DNA from: Algoriphagus sp.
Lineage (GTDB): Bacteria; Bacteroidota; Bacteroidia; Cytophagales; Cyclobacteriaceae
Assembly: GCF_029254265.1 (NCBI RefSeq)
Contig: NZ_JAQWXX010000048.1
Location: 27,256-91,255 of the forward strand
Length of the DNA stretch: 64,000 bases
Direction of reading: 5' to 3'
In this document: positions 39,751-49,820 of the stretch, piece after piece
Numbering within the stretch: the stretch's first letter is position 1
How the letters are laid out: every line of letters begins with the position of its first letter
Program-made: the position numbers and the translations under genes
Notes under the pieces: generated by a model
The model's database searches: none
The model's input: only the letters and a program-made list of their open reading frames with translations
What the model was told of the DNA's origin: nothing

Positions 39751-40236
39751 ATGAAAACCATTCACGATATATTGAAGCTCGGCGATCCAAAACTATATGA
39801 GATTTGTGAGCCTGTACTCGAGTCTGAACTTCCATTAGTCCCCGGCTGGGTGCAGCAGCTTCATGAAGCCATGGAGGACATCCGAAAAGTTTATGGTTTT
39901 GGTCGGGGCATTGCTGCTCCCCAATTGGGAATTATGAAGCGACTTTTTTACCTGAATCTGGATCGCCCCTATGTGATTCTAAATCCTGAGTTGAAAAACC
40001 TAAGTGATGAAAAATTTGAGCTTTGGGATGACTGCATGTCATTTCCCAATCTTTTGGTCAAGGTGGCCCGCCACGAATCCCTGACTTTGGACTATTTGGA
40101 TGAAAATTGGGAAAAGCAGTCATTATCGGTCACAGGAGCACTTTCTGAATTAATCCAGCACGAATATGATCACTTAGACGGCATTCTCTGTACCATGCGG
40201 GCGATTGATGGGAAGAGTTTTAAGTTGAAAAAATAA
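39751..40236 (+). CDS. def: Peptide deformylase
   Basis: GRGIAAPQLG, DDCMSFP (EGCLS-equivalent) and HEYDHL. Confidence 0.9.
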   Translation: MKTIHDILKLGDPKLYEICEPVLESELPLVPGWVQQLHEAMEDIRKVYGFGRGIAAPQLGIMKRLFYLNLDRPYVILNPELKNLSDEKFELWDDCMSFPNLLVKVARHESLTLDYLDENWEKQSLSVTGALSELIQHEYDHLDGILCTMRAIDGKSFKLKK

Positions 40237-40237
40237 T

Positions 40238-40388
40238 ATAGAAATACAGCTTTGCTGAAATAAGCTTCGCGAAATACAGTAGAAATACGACTTCGGCGAA
40301 ATAAATTGAAATAGGATTCGAATTTATTGTTTCTTATTTCGACGACCGAAGGGAGGGGTATTTCAACCTTATTTCCATTGTATTTCTT
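40238..40388 (-). repeat. GAAATA-rich intergenic repeat, copy B (inverted)
   Basis: Inverted homolog of 37492-37672. Confidence 0.8.
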
Positions 40389-40406
40389 TTCCCAATAAAA
40401 ATTCTA

Positions 40407-40976
40407 ATGAAAGCCAATAACAGACTAAGCAATTCCGAAAAGGAAACTCTACTGAAAACGTTAAAAAGTCGCTTTGAGAAAAATAAAGCTCGGCATAAGG
40501 GACTGGACTGGGAGAAGGTTTTGACTAAACTCGAGGCCTTGGAATCCCAAGAGAAACTCTGGTCGATTTTCCGGCTAGAAGAAACTGGAGGCGAACCGGA
40601 TGTGGTTGGTTTTGATGAAGCAACAAATGAATTTATTTTTTACGATTGCTCTCCAGAAACCCCGAAAGGTCGAAGAAGCATCTGCTATGATCGAGAGGGT
40701 TTGGAATCTCGCAAAGACTATCCTCCAAAAGATACGGCCATAGATATGGCTGCGGACATGGGGGTAGAATTGCTCAATGAAGAAGAATACCGAAGCCTGC
40801 AAGCTTTGGGGACATTTGATCAAAAAACCTCCAGTTGGCTCAAAACGCCTGAATCTGTACGGAAACTTGGCGGAGCTATTTTCGCTGATTTCAGATATGG
40901 ACAGGTATTCATCTACCATAATGGCGCCCAGTCCTATTATGCAGGTCGTGGCTTTCGGGCTTCAGTTCGAGTTTGA
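40407..40976 (+). CDS. DUF4256 family protein
   Basis: METGGEPD-like segment (LEETGGEPDVV), ESPKGRRS-like ETPKGRRSICYD, TSSW and YHNGAQSYY..RGFR. Confidence 0.88.
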   Translation: MKANNRLSNSEKETLLKTLKSRFEKNKARHKGLDWEKVLTKLEALESQEKLWSIFRLEETGGEPDVVGFDEATNEFIFYDCSPETPKGRRSICYDREGLESRKDYPPKDTAIDMAADMGVELLNEEEYRSLQALGTFDQKTSSWLKTPESVRKLGGAIFADFRYGQVFIYHNGAQSYYAGRGFRASVRV

Positions 40977-40985
40977 TTTTTTTAT

Positions 40986-41040
40986 TTAACCACTAAGGAC
41001 ACGGAGGATATCACGGAGGACACAAAGGTTTAAAATCAGA
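40986..41040 (-). repeat. Intergenic CTTTGTG/CACAAAG-type repeat, copy B
   Basis: 47/55 identical to 3284-3338, inverted. Confidence 0.75.
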
Positions 41041-41185
41041 AAGCTGAAAATTCTCCGCGGTTCGAGTCTTCACGAAACGTAATAAGTTGGAGCCTTTTTT
41101 ACCGCTAAGTCTGCGAAGGTTTTCGTGAAGAAGGGATACAAATACCAAGGCTTGATTTCCGGCTAAGAAATCCTCTTGAATCCCT

Positions 41186-41193
41186 TAACTTTG
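41186..41193 (+). promoter_or_regulatory. -7 element TAACTTTG 4 nt before the rlmN ATG
   Basis: TAACTTTG-CAGC-ATG. Confidence 0.6.
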
Positions 41194-41197
41194 CAGC

Positions 41198-42265
41198 ATG
41201 GAAGAGATTCAGAAAAAAGACATTCGTAAGCTTACTTTGACAGAATTGGAGGAGTTCTTTTTAGCACATGGCGAAAAGAAGTTCCGAGCCAAGCAGGTCT
41301 ATGAGTGGCTTTGGAATAAGTCGCTGAAGAACTTCGATGACATGAGTAATATTTCCCTTTCTACCCGGGAAATGCTCAAAACCCATTTTGAGATCAATCA
41401 CATCTTGGTGGATCTGATGCAGCATTCCTCAGATGGTACGATCAAGAATGCGGTAAAACTCTATGATTCAAAAATTGTCGAATCTGTACTCATTCCAACT
41501 ACCAAGCGAATCACCGCCTGTGTCTCCTCTCAGGTAGGATGCAGTTTGGATTGCAACTTTTGCGCGACTGCCCGTCTAAAGCGCATGCGAAATCTAAACC
41601 CTGATGAAATCTATGATCAAGTCGTGGCGATCAAGGATGAGGCCGAAACATATTTCCAGCGTCCACTGACCAATATTGTTTTTATGGGAATGGGTGAGCC
41701 CCTGCTCAATTATGCGAATGTTCTCGAGGCAATCGATAAAATCACTTCCCCTGAAGGTCTTGGGATGGCTCCCAGGAGAATTACACTCTCTACAGTTGGC
41801 GTAACCAAAATGATCCGCAAACTGGCTGATGATGGAGTGAAATTTAACCTTGCCGTTTCCCTCCACTCTGCTATCAATGAAACTCGATCCCGGCTTATGC
41901 CAATCAACGACAGCAATCCAGTCGAAGAATTGGGGGAATCATTGAAATATTGGTACGACAAGACCAAACGAAAGGTGACTTACGAATACGTCATCTGGGA
42001 TGGTATCAACGACGATGAACGGCATGCTCGAGCTTTGGCTAAATTCTGCAAAATCATTCCTTCCAAAGTCAACATTATCCAATACAATCCGATCGATGAA
42101 GGTGAATTTCGTCAGGCAAAACAGGAAGCCGTGGATATGTATGTTCGGATTTTAGAATCGCAAGGAATCATCGCAAAGGTCAGAAAATCAAGAGGTCAGG
42201 ACATCGATGCTGCATGCGGTCAGCTGGCAAATAAAAATGAAGTAGCGGCACTGAATGCTATTTAA
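41198..42265 (+). CDS. rlmN: 23S rRNA/tRNA adenine C2-methyltransferase
   Basis: CVSSQVGCSLDCNFCAT radical-SAM motif, MGMGEPL and DIDAACGQL. Confidence 0.98.
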   Translation: MEEIQKKDIRKLTLTELEEFFLAHGEKKFRAKQVYEWLWNKSLKNFDDMSNISLSTREMLKTHFEINHILVDLMQHSSDGTIKNAVKLYDSKIVESVLIPTTKRITACVSSQVGCSLDCNFCATARLKRMRNLNPDEIYDQVVAIKDEAETYFQRPLTNIVFMGMGEPLLNYANVLEAIDKITSPEGLGMAPRRITLSTVGVTKMIRKLADDGVKFNLAVSLHSAINETRSRLMPINDSNPVEELGESLKYWYDKTKRKVTYEYVIWDGINDDERHARALAKFCKIIPSKVNIIQYNPIDEGEFRQAKQEAVDMYVRILESQGIIAKVRKSRGQDIDAACGQLANKNEVAALNAI

Positions 42266-42337
42266 GATTTTTTCACTTGTCAATTTATAAGCAATTAGTT
42301 TTATTGCCTCTGTTTTTAGTAACAAACCAACTATTTT

Positions 42338-45016
42338 ATGAAAAATCAAGTTTTAACGCTGATTATTTTTCTCATCAGCTTTAGCTCAACGGAGCTATTT
42401 GGACAAGAAGCTTTGCCTCAAAAGATCCAGAGCTATTTTGACACTTATCAGAAAGAATACCCTGTAGAAAAAGCTTATCTCCATTTAGACAAAACCACCT
42501 ACACACTCGGTGAAGATCTTTGGTTTAGTGCTTACCTGACTGCTGGAAGCAGTCAAATCCCATCCCCTTTGAGTGCTACCCTATATGTTGACTTGTTTGA
42601 CGGAGATGGATTGCTTTTAGAGCAAAAAACTATTCGATTGGAAAAAGGAAGAGGGAAAGGAGACTTCGCCTTACCGGCCTTTGGCAAACCTGGGATCTAC
42701 CAACTTAAAGCTTATACTTCTTGGATGCGGAATTTTGGAGATGAATATTTCTTTAACTCCCAAATCAATGTGGTCGATGGAGCAGGAGGTTCATTCCTTC
42801 CAAAAATCACTTTTACTAGCATCAGTGCTGCGGCTGGAAAAGTAACTTATAAAGCAGATCTGATCGTGATTGATAGTGAGGGCAATCCACTTGCAGGTAA
42901 AACGGTTGAAATAAAGGCAAAAGCAGGCGAAGAAGAGTTGTATACACAAGCACTGCCGGTAAATGCACAAGGACAGGTAAGTTTCACGTTTGCAATCCCT
43001 GAAAAAGCTAATTCATCGCAGCATTTGGAATTAACTTTCATGGAAAATGAAAACTATTCTGTAACCCAAAAGCTTCGCCTACCCTATAGTTTAACTTTGG
43101 CAGATATTCAGTTTTTGCCGGAAGGCGGCCACTCCGTGATTGGGAAAAAGACCAACTTTGGATTTCGAGCGATCTATCCTGACGGGATGCCTGCCGAAAT
43201 CCAAGGCTCAATCGAAGGAAGTGATATTACTTTCGAAAGCAATTTTGCAGGTTTGGGAAAATTTGAACTCACTCCAACCCAATCCAGCTATCCAGTAAAA
43301 ATCACTGAAAAAACTACCGCTCAGGAAATCAGCACAAATCTTTCTAAAATTGATTCAGAAGGATTGGTCATGCAAGTGATCAATAATCCTGCTGCAAGCT
43401 ATTTAACTGCATTTGTGCAGGGGGAATATGCCGCAAATTCACTTTTGTTAGTCTCTCAAACTCGGGGAATCATCAATTACATGATTCAAGGCACTTTGGC
43501 AAATGGTGTCTGGGGTGTACGTATTCCTAAAGAGAATCTGATCTCAGGGATCAACCAAATCACTGTGATGAGCGAGGATGGAAAGCCGCTGTTGGAGAGA
43601 TTGATATTTGTCCAAAAAGAAGATCAAATACAACTAGACATTGCAAAGACGGGAAGTGTTTCTCCACGTGAGAAAATCAGTCTGAATCTAAAATCAACCT
43701 TTGCCGGAACAGCTAATTCAGGAAGTTTCTCTGTGGCCGTATTGGATGCAGCTCAGGTTAATCCAAGTGAATTGGAAGCCGGAGATATTTTTTCTACTCT
43801 TCTTTTGACTTCAGATTTATCTGCTGAAATCTACCAACCGGGAAGATACTTCAAAGATAACTCCGCAGAGACGCAGGAAGCATTGGATCTGGTGATGATG
43901 ACACATGGTTGGAGAAGATTTGAGTGGTCTGATGTCCTTGCGGGGAATCTCCCAAAGATTGAGCAGTTTATCGAGCGGGGAATCAATATCGAAGGTCAGG
44001 TAACAGATGCCGAGCAAACTAAAAAAGGTCTCGCTGGTGGAAAAATCACGGCCTTAGTAGGTGAAGGAATTGAAATTGTCACCTCGGAATATGGCCCTAA
44101 TGGTCGCTTCATTTTTAGAGATTTGGAATATTTGGATTCCGCTTCAGTTACGATCACGGCTGAGGATACACGACTCAAAAACTTTATCGACGTGTCGGTG
44201 ATTCAGCCAGAACCTGTTTTTAATTCGATCGAAGGAAATTATACACAGGAAGTGGTTTGGCCAGAAGGGCTTGTGGCTACTTATCGAGAGCGGACGATGA
44301 TGCAACAACTCAATGCAGAAAAAGATATTATAGATCTGGAGGGAGTCACGGTTGAAGCAAAGACTATTGAACGCGAGGAAGAAGAAATCAGAAAAATCTA
44401 TGGATCTGGTGATGTAACACTCGATCCGGAAAAAATCCCTTCCTCTGTTGGTTTTACAAATGTCTTCCAATTGATCCAAGGAAGAGTATCCGGTGTACAA
44501 GTCTTTGTATCTGGTTTATCTGTTAATGTCACGATCCGAGGGGTAGGTTCACTCGGTGGCTCTGGTACACAGCCACTTTATTTGTTGGACAATATACCTG
44601 TTGAAGCCTCGACTTTGCTCACAATCAGCCCAAGAGATGTAGCCAACGTAGATGTATTCAAAGACCCCGCCAAGACGGCTATTTTTGGAGCACAGGGTGC
44701 AAATGGTGTAATAGCGGTTTACACCAAAACCGGTGCTGGATTTGGGAAAAGTGTAGGAGGTACTTTGGTAACACAATATGGAGGATATGCTGTTCCTCGC
44801 GAATTTTACCTTCCAAAATATGATACCAAAACGGTAGAAAATGCAATCAAGGATGCTCGTGCTACCATCTATTGGAATCCGCTAGTGGAGACTGGAGAAA
44901 ATGGAGAATCACGTCTGGAGTTTTACAATACTGATATAGCTTCAAAGCAAATGATCATTGTCGAAGGAATTGATTCAGAAGGCAGACTGGGCCGATTGGT
45001 TCGAATTTTAGAATAA
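42338..45016 (+). CDS. Secreted macroglobulin (MG2)-like protein with a C-terminal TonB-plug-like domain, no barrel
   Basis: EKAYLHLDKTTY..GEDLWF, FLPEGG, LVMMTHGWRR, a plug-like IRG..PLYLLD..FG..GANGVI segment and TIYWNP. Confidence 0.75.
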   Translation: MKNQVLTLIIFLISFSSTELFGQEALPQKIQSYFDTYQKEYPVEKAYLHLDKTTYTLGEDLWFSAYLTAGSSQIPSPLSATLYVDLFDGDGLLLEQKTIRLEKGRGKGDFALPAFGKPGIYQLKAYTSWMRNFGDEYFFNSQINVVDGAGGSFLPKITFTSISAAAGKVTYKADLIVIDSEGNPLAGKTVEIKAKAGEEELYTQALPVNAQGQVSFTFAIPEKANSSQHLELTFMENENYSVTQKLRLPYSLTLADIQFLPEGGHSVIGKKTNFGFRAIYPDGMPAEIQGSIEGSDITFESNFAGLGKFELTPTQSSYPVKITEKTTAQEISTNLSKIDSEGLVMQVINNPAASYLTAFVQGEYAANSLLLVSQTRGIINYMIQGTLANGVWGVRIPKENLISGINQITVMSEDGKPLLERLIFVQKEDQIQLDIAKTGSVSPREKISLNLKSTFAGTANSGSFSVAVLDAAQVNPSELEAGDIFSTLLLTSDLSAEIYQPGRYFKDNSAETQEALDLVMMTHGWRRFEWSDVLAGNLPKIEQFIERGINIEGQVTDAEQTKKGLAGGKITALVGEGIEIVTSEYGPNGRFIFRDLEYLDSASVTITAEDTRLKNFIDVSVIQPEPVFNSIEGNYTQEVVWPEGLVATYRERTMMQQLNAEKDIIDLEGVTVEAKTIEREEEEIRKIYGSGDVTLDPEKIPSSVGFTNVFQLIQGRVSGVQVFVSGLSVNVTIRGVGSLGGSGTQPLYLLDNIPVEASTLLTISPRDVANVDVFKDPAKTAIFGAQGANGVIAVYTKTGAGFGKSVGGTLVTQYGGYAVPREFYLPKYDTKTVENAIKDARATIYWNPLVETGENGESRLEFYNTDIASKQMIIVEGIDSEGRLGRLVRILE

Positions 45017-45072
45017 GCATTTGTTTTCCTCACCAAAGCCTCCTAATTTCTTCCCAAATTAAACAGGAAGAA

Positions 45073-45549
45073 ATGAAAAAGGCTTTGGTGATTTTTTTTG
45101 GAGCATTTTTGATCACGTTTGGGAGCATGGCTCAAACGCAGAATCAGGGAGATGCTCGAGTGCATGTGTTGGGGACTTATGGACTTCGATGGAATAATTT
45201 TGGAGCAGGTGTCGGAATAGAATACTTTTTCGCAGAACACTTTGCGATCATGCCAAGCTACATCCGCAACTTTCCCAATGTAGGCACATCGAGCAATTTC
45301 AATGCGGACCTCAGGTACTATGTCTCAGAGGGACCTTCGCAACTTTATTTTATGGCCGGATACGCTCAAAGCTGGGAGAATTCACAGCCGGATGGAGCTG
45401 GAGTAAGGCGCTCTTACAATGGGGCAAATGTGGGAGTTGGCGCATACATCAGGCTTGTAGATTGGGTCGGTTTAAGTACTGAGTTCAAATTTCAGAGTAC
45501 TAGTCCGCAAGAGGTTGGCTTTCGGTTCGGCTTTGCTTTCCCCCTTTAA
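45073..45549 (+). CDS. Small outer-membrane beta-barrel protein
   Basis: Signal peptide, about 8 amphipathic strands and C-terminal GFAFPL. Confidence 0.7.
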   Translation: MKKALVIFFGAFLITFGSMAQTQNQGDARVHVLGTYGLRWNNFGAGVGIEYFFAEHFAIMPSYIRNFPNVGTSSNFNADLRYYVSEGPSQLYFMAGYAQSWENSQPDGAGVRRSYNGANVGVGAYIRLVDWVGLSTEFKFQSTSPQEVGFRFGFAFPL

Positions 45550-45574
45550 AAGAGAGCCAAGAAACAGGAGAACT

Positions 45575-46507
45575 TTATTTCTTCGAAAATTCAAACAGCT
45601 TTCGTTTCTCTTCTTTGTTCAACGCTTCATATCCTCGCTCCGCAATCTTATCCAAAATCCGATCAATTTCTTCTTGAGTCGCATCAGAACTGTTAGTCAC
45701 TGGAGTATTCGATTTGGAAGGGTTTGAAAAAGAGGATCCATAACCTGCCGATGTTTTCTTTTTTCGGTAGGAAACTTTTACGCCTTTTCGACTGGTAAAA
45801 AAATTCTCAAAAAAGATCCCGACTTTCTGAACCGGAATTCCCCAATCAATTCCTTTTCGAAGCTGCGTGATGTAAATAAAACCCAGCAAAGCTCCACCAA
45901 GATGCGCAAGCTCACCTCCTGCATTTGCTCCAGCAGAATTGGCGAAGGAAAGAATCACGTAGAAAATCGCGATGTATTTGATCTTAACAGGTCCGATAAG
46001 AATCAGCATAAAAGTGGTATTAGGAGTCAAAGTCGCCGCTCCAACTACTACTGCAAATACCCCAGCACTTGCTCCAAGCATCAAAGATGAATCAACTGAT
46101 CCGCTGAAATACGGTGCCAAATTGTAGATCAACACATAAAAAACAGCACCAGCCAAACCTCCAAGAATATAGAGATTTGCCAATTTGCGACTACCCAAAT
46201 ACTGATTAATCAAGAGTCCAAACCAATAAAGGAACAGCATATTGAAGAGAATATGGAAAATCCCTTCATGCAAAAACATGTAAGTCAATATACTCCATGG
46301 CTGTAAAATCAACCGAGAGACTGACGCAGGCATCATCAAGTAAGACAGTGCACTGGAATACAAATCTCCCACGCCACCGATCGTCATCAACACCCGTGCG
46401 ACCATGACGACCAAGAATACCAGCAAGTTGATAGCAATCAGTTTATAAAGACTGTTGTCGCTATGCTTGAATGCATTTTTTAAATTATCCCAAAAACCGC
46501 CGTACAT
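45575..46507 (-). CDS. Rhomboid intramembrane serine protease with a soluble C-terminal tail
   Basis: HILFNM, GASAG and AHLGG; tail EEIDRILDKI..GY..L. Confidence 0.93.
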   Translation of the reverse strand: MYGGFWDNLKNAFKHSDNSLYKLIAINLLVFLVVMVARVLMTIGGVGDLYSSALSYLMMPASVSRLILQPWSILTYMFLHEGIFHILFNMLFLYWFGLLINQYLGSRKLANLYILGGLAGAVFYVLIYNLAPYFSGSVDSSLMLGASAGVFAVVVGAATLTPNTTFMLILIGPVKIKYIAIFYVILSFANSAGANAGGELAHLGGALLGFIYITQLRKGIDWGIPVQKVGIFFENFFTSRKGVKVSYRKKKTSAGYGSSFSNPSKSNTPVTNSSDATQEEIDRILDKIAERGYEALNKEEKRKLFEFSKK

Positions 46508-46509
46508 TT

Positions 46510-47301
46510 TTAATAAAAATTAGTTCTGTCTTTTTTCCATCCGTAAACCAAGATCGCACCGATCACCAATCCACTTAAGTGGGCAAAGTGTGCCACATTA
46601 TCAGTGGGGTTGTTTATCACTACGTTATAAATGGTATAAAGTCCATAAAATAAGACCAAGTATTTTGCTTTTACCGGCATTGGAGGAAAAAGCAAAAAGA
46701 GTTGAGTATTTGGGAAAAGCATTGCAAAAGCAATTAAAACCCCAAACAAAGCTCCTGAAGCACCAACCATTGGGACATTCCCCTGAATTTCTAAAATGGC
46801 ATTCAAAGTTTGTTTTGCCTGACTGATTTTATTTGGATCATTAGGATTCCGGCTGAAATCATCTACAAAATCAAAAACAGAACTTTGGAAAAATCCACGA
46901 TTCTCAACCACCAACTTGTTAAAAGCATCGGGATCAGGATTACTTTCAAATGCTTCAACCTTGTCCTGCAAGTTATTCATCCGATAAGCAGTATACCCGG
47001 AATAAAGAACTCCTGAACCTACTCCACAAACCATCCAAAGAATCAGAAGTTTTTTGGGTCCAAGGAATTGCTCCAAAAGAGGTCCAAAGATCATCAGTCC
47101 AAACATATTGCTGAATAGATGCCAAAAATCTGCATGCATGAACATGTAGGTCAGAAACTGAAATGGCTTAAAATATTGGCTATGTATGTAGTACAGTGCA
47201 AACCAATCACTCAACTGAGGAAATAAAAACGCACTCACCAAAAACAGTGCAACGTTGGCTATCAAAAGATTTTGTACTACTGGGGTGATATTTCTAAACA
47301 T
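46510..47301 (-). CDS. Rhomboid intramembrane serine protease
   Basis: HLFSNM, GASGA and AHFAHLSG. Confidence 0.93.
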   Translation of the reverse strand: MFRNITPVVQNLLIANVALFLVSAFLFPQLSDWFALYYIHSQYFKPFQFLTYMFMHADFWHLFSNMFGLMIFGPLLEQFLGPKKLLILWMVCGVGSGVLYSGYTAYRMNNLQDKVEAFESNPDPDAFNKLVVENRGFFQSSVFDFVDDFSRNPNDPNKISQAKQTLNAILEIQGNVPMVGASGALFGVLIAFAMLFPNTQLFLLFPPMPVKAKYLVLFYGLYTIYNVVINNPTDNVAHFAHLSGLVIGAILVYGWKKDRTNFY

Positions 47302-47302
47302 G

Positions 47303-49156
47303 CTATTTTCCGAAGAATGAATGAATACTGCTTAAATCCAATTTGACGAAAGATTTGTTCCCTCCCAAACCAAAATTAGGGTTCTGACAGGCAAATAATT
47401 GTCCCACGAGGGTTTCCATTTCCTGAGGATTAAGTTTTTGCCCCTTTTTCAGGGCAGATTTTCGAGCTAGAGACCGAGCGAGGTTCTCTCTTTTATCCAA
47501 CGAAAGCTCATTTTTATAATTTTTAAACTGCTCCAATAATCCCTCGAAGAGCTCCTTTTCGTTTTTCACCTGTATATCTGCAGGAACTCCCTGAATGATC
47601 ACCGTGTCTTTTCCAAACTCAGAAACCATAAACCCTAAGCTATGCAACTCAGGCAAAAGATCTTGTACCAATGCAAAATCAGAAGATCCGAGTTCAATGA
47701 TTGGAGGAAAAAGACATTGTTGAGATGGTCCTTGGGCGATTTTCAATTGACGCAGATAGCGTTCGTATAAAACTCGCTCATGTGCGGCTTGCTGATCGAC
47801 AATCAGCATCCCTGTCGACATTTGAGCGACAACATAGCTCAATTCCACTTGAAAGGTCGTCCCGGTAGAATCTTCTGCTGAGGGCCGCGGAATTCGATCA
47901 GGAATCTGATCCGGATTAGCTTTACTGGAAAAAGTGAGCACTTCTGTATCCTCACTTTCAGTTTTTCTGGTGTAATCCTGCGGCTGATTCACAGGGATAT
48001 TACTTTCAAACAGTTTTTCCCAACCGGAAGTACTTGCCTTTTTAAATTCAGGTGTATTAAAAGTTTTATAGCTGTACTCACGATCGACTTGCTCTTTTTT
48101 AGATGGATCCTGATCCCATTTTTCATTGAAATTCACGTCATATGAAAAGTCAATTGAAGGGACTACATGGTGAGAACCTAAGGCTTGCTTCACTGCTGAA
48201 CGGATCACCGCGTAGACTGTACGCTCATCATCAAACTTGATTTCAGTTTTGGTTGGGTGCACATTGATATCAATATGCGAGGGGTCTATTTCCAAAAAAA
48301 GAACATAAAAAGGATGCTGATCCGGCTGGATCAAGCCTTCAAAAGCATTGCCAACTGCGTGATGCAGGTAGCTGCTTTTGATGTATCGATTATTGACAAA
48401 AAAGAACTGCTCTCCTCGGGTCTTTTTAGCATTTTCCGGTTTGCCTACATAGCCTTTTACATTGACATGCGGCGTAAGTTCTTCGCAGGGAACCAACTGT
48501 CCCTGATAGCTTTTTCCGAAAAGTTGGACAATACGATGGCTTAATTTGCCAGGCGTAAGGTTATAAACTTCCAAATCCTGCTGAAAAAGCGAAAACCCAA
48601 TTTCAGGATAAGAAAGGGCCACCCGTTGAAACTCGTCCACAATGTGTCGCATCTCGACGGGATTTGATTTCAGGAAATTCCTTCTGGCAGGCACATTGAA
48701 AAATAGATTTTTCATTGAAACTGCAGTACCTACATTTCCTGCAAATGGTTCTTGCTTTTTCACCTCAGACCCTTCGATCTGAATCAATGTCCCAAGCTCA
48801 GATTCTGCTTGCTTAGTTTTCAACTCCACTTGAGCGACAGCAGCGATGGAAGCTAAGGCCTCTCCTCTAAATCCGAAGGTACGAATGGTAAATAGATCGG
48901 TAGAATTTCTGATTTTGGAAGTAGCATGTCGCTCAAAACTCATCCGAGCGTCAGTAGCTGACATTCCTTTTCCGTTGTCAATTACCTGAATCAATTGCTT
49001 GCCGGCTTCCTTTACCACAACTTGAATTTGAGTAGCACCCGCATCCACGGCATTTTCCAAAAGTTCTTTGAGTGCCGAGGCTGGACGTTGTACTACTTCC
49101 CCTGCCGCAATTTGATTTGCGATCGCATCAGGCAGAAGCTGGATAATATCACTCAT
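47303..49156 (-). CDS. mutL: DNA mismatch repair protein MutL
   Basis: NQIAAGEVVQRP, GFRGEALAS, DINVHPTK and DQQAAHER. Confidence 0.98.
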   Translation of the reverse strand: MSDIIQLLPDAIANQIAAGEVVQRPASALKELLENAVDAGATQIQVVVKEAGKQLIQVIDNGKGMSATDARMSFERHATSKIRNSTDLFTIRTFGFRGEALASIAAVAQVELKTKQAESELGTLIQIEGSEVKKQEPFAGNVGTAVSMKNLFFNVPARRNFLKSNPVEMRHIVDEFQRVALSYPEIGFSLFQQDLEVYNLTPGKLSHRIVQLFGKSYQGQLVPCEELTPHVNVKGYVGKPENAKKTRGEQFFFVNNRYIKSSYLHHAVGNAFEGLIQPDQHPFYVLFLEIDPSHIDINVHPTKTEIKFDDERTVYAVIRSAVKQALGSHHVVPSIDFSYDVNFNEKWDQDPSKKEQVDREYSYKTFNTPEFKKASTSGWEKLFESNIPVNQPQDYTRKTESEDTEVLTFSSKANPDQIPDRIPRPSAEDSTGTTFQVELSYVVAQMSTGMLIVDQQAAHERVLYERYLRQLKIAQGPSQQCLFPPIIELGSSDFALVQDLLPELHSLGFMVSEFGKDTVIIQGVPADIQVKNEKELFEGLLEQFKNYKNELSLDKRENLARSLARKSALKKGQKLNPQEMETLVGQLFACQNPNFGLGGNKSFVKLDLSSIHSFFGK

Positions 49157-49553
49157 TTTTCTTTTTGGGTTTTAGCCTAAAGAAAAAATAAACAGCTACG
49201 ATCAGCAGTGCGACATAAAGCATATATTCAAAAATTACCGGACCGAGGTAGACATAGCCGAAAATTGACCCCAGCAAAATCAAAAAAATGAAAGTTCTGA
49301 TCATTGCAGTGGATGCAAACATATTTGGACTGGATCGCTCTTTTATTCCTCGATATTGTGAAAACGATCCTCTGATTCCTCCCCCATAAGATCCTAACTC
49401 CTCATCTCCTTCTTTAATCAATCCTTCGGCCTGAAGTTCTCTTTTGATCCGAGAGGTACGCTGGTCAATTTCTTCTTTGACAGGATCATAATATCTTGGC
49501 TTGATATCAAATCGCATTGGAGCGGCAGTACGGAAGACAGATGGGAATTTCAT
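49149..49553 (-). CDS. Hypothetical membrane protein upstream of mutL
   Basis: F.IKPRYYDP motif and two C-terminal hydrophobic segments; overlaps the mutL start. Confidence 0.7.
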   Translation of the reverse strand: MKFPSVFRTAAPMRFDIKPRYYDPVKEEIDQRTSRIKRELQAEGLIKEGDEELGSYGGGIRGSFSQYRGIKERSSPNMFASTAMIRTFIFLILLGSIFGYVYLGPVIFEYMLYVALLIVAVYFFFRLKPKKKNE

Positions 49554-49820
49554 TTTTCTCGAATTTTATTGGAACTCAATAAGGTAAAACGTCAACAAAG
49601 TCATAAGTTCCAAGATATTGACCAAACATCAAATTTATACCCTTTTTAACCAGATTTACGGTTTTATGTTGCCTTATCTTTAGTATATTAATCTATTCTA
49701 GGACGAACTCTACCGTACAATATTCCTATATGATCACTTTTATCTGGCAAAGACCGTTAAGATGAAAGTGTTGACGTACAAATTTATTTTAAAAGTTACG
49801 AATTAAAAATTTACTCATAC

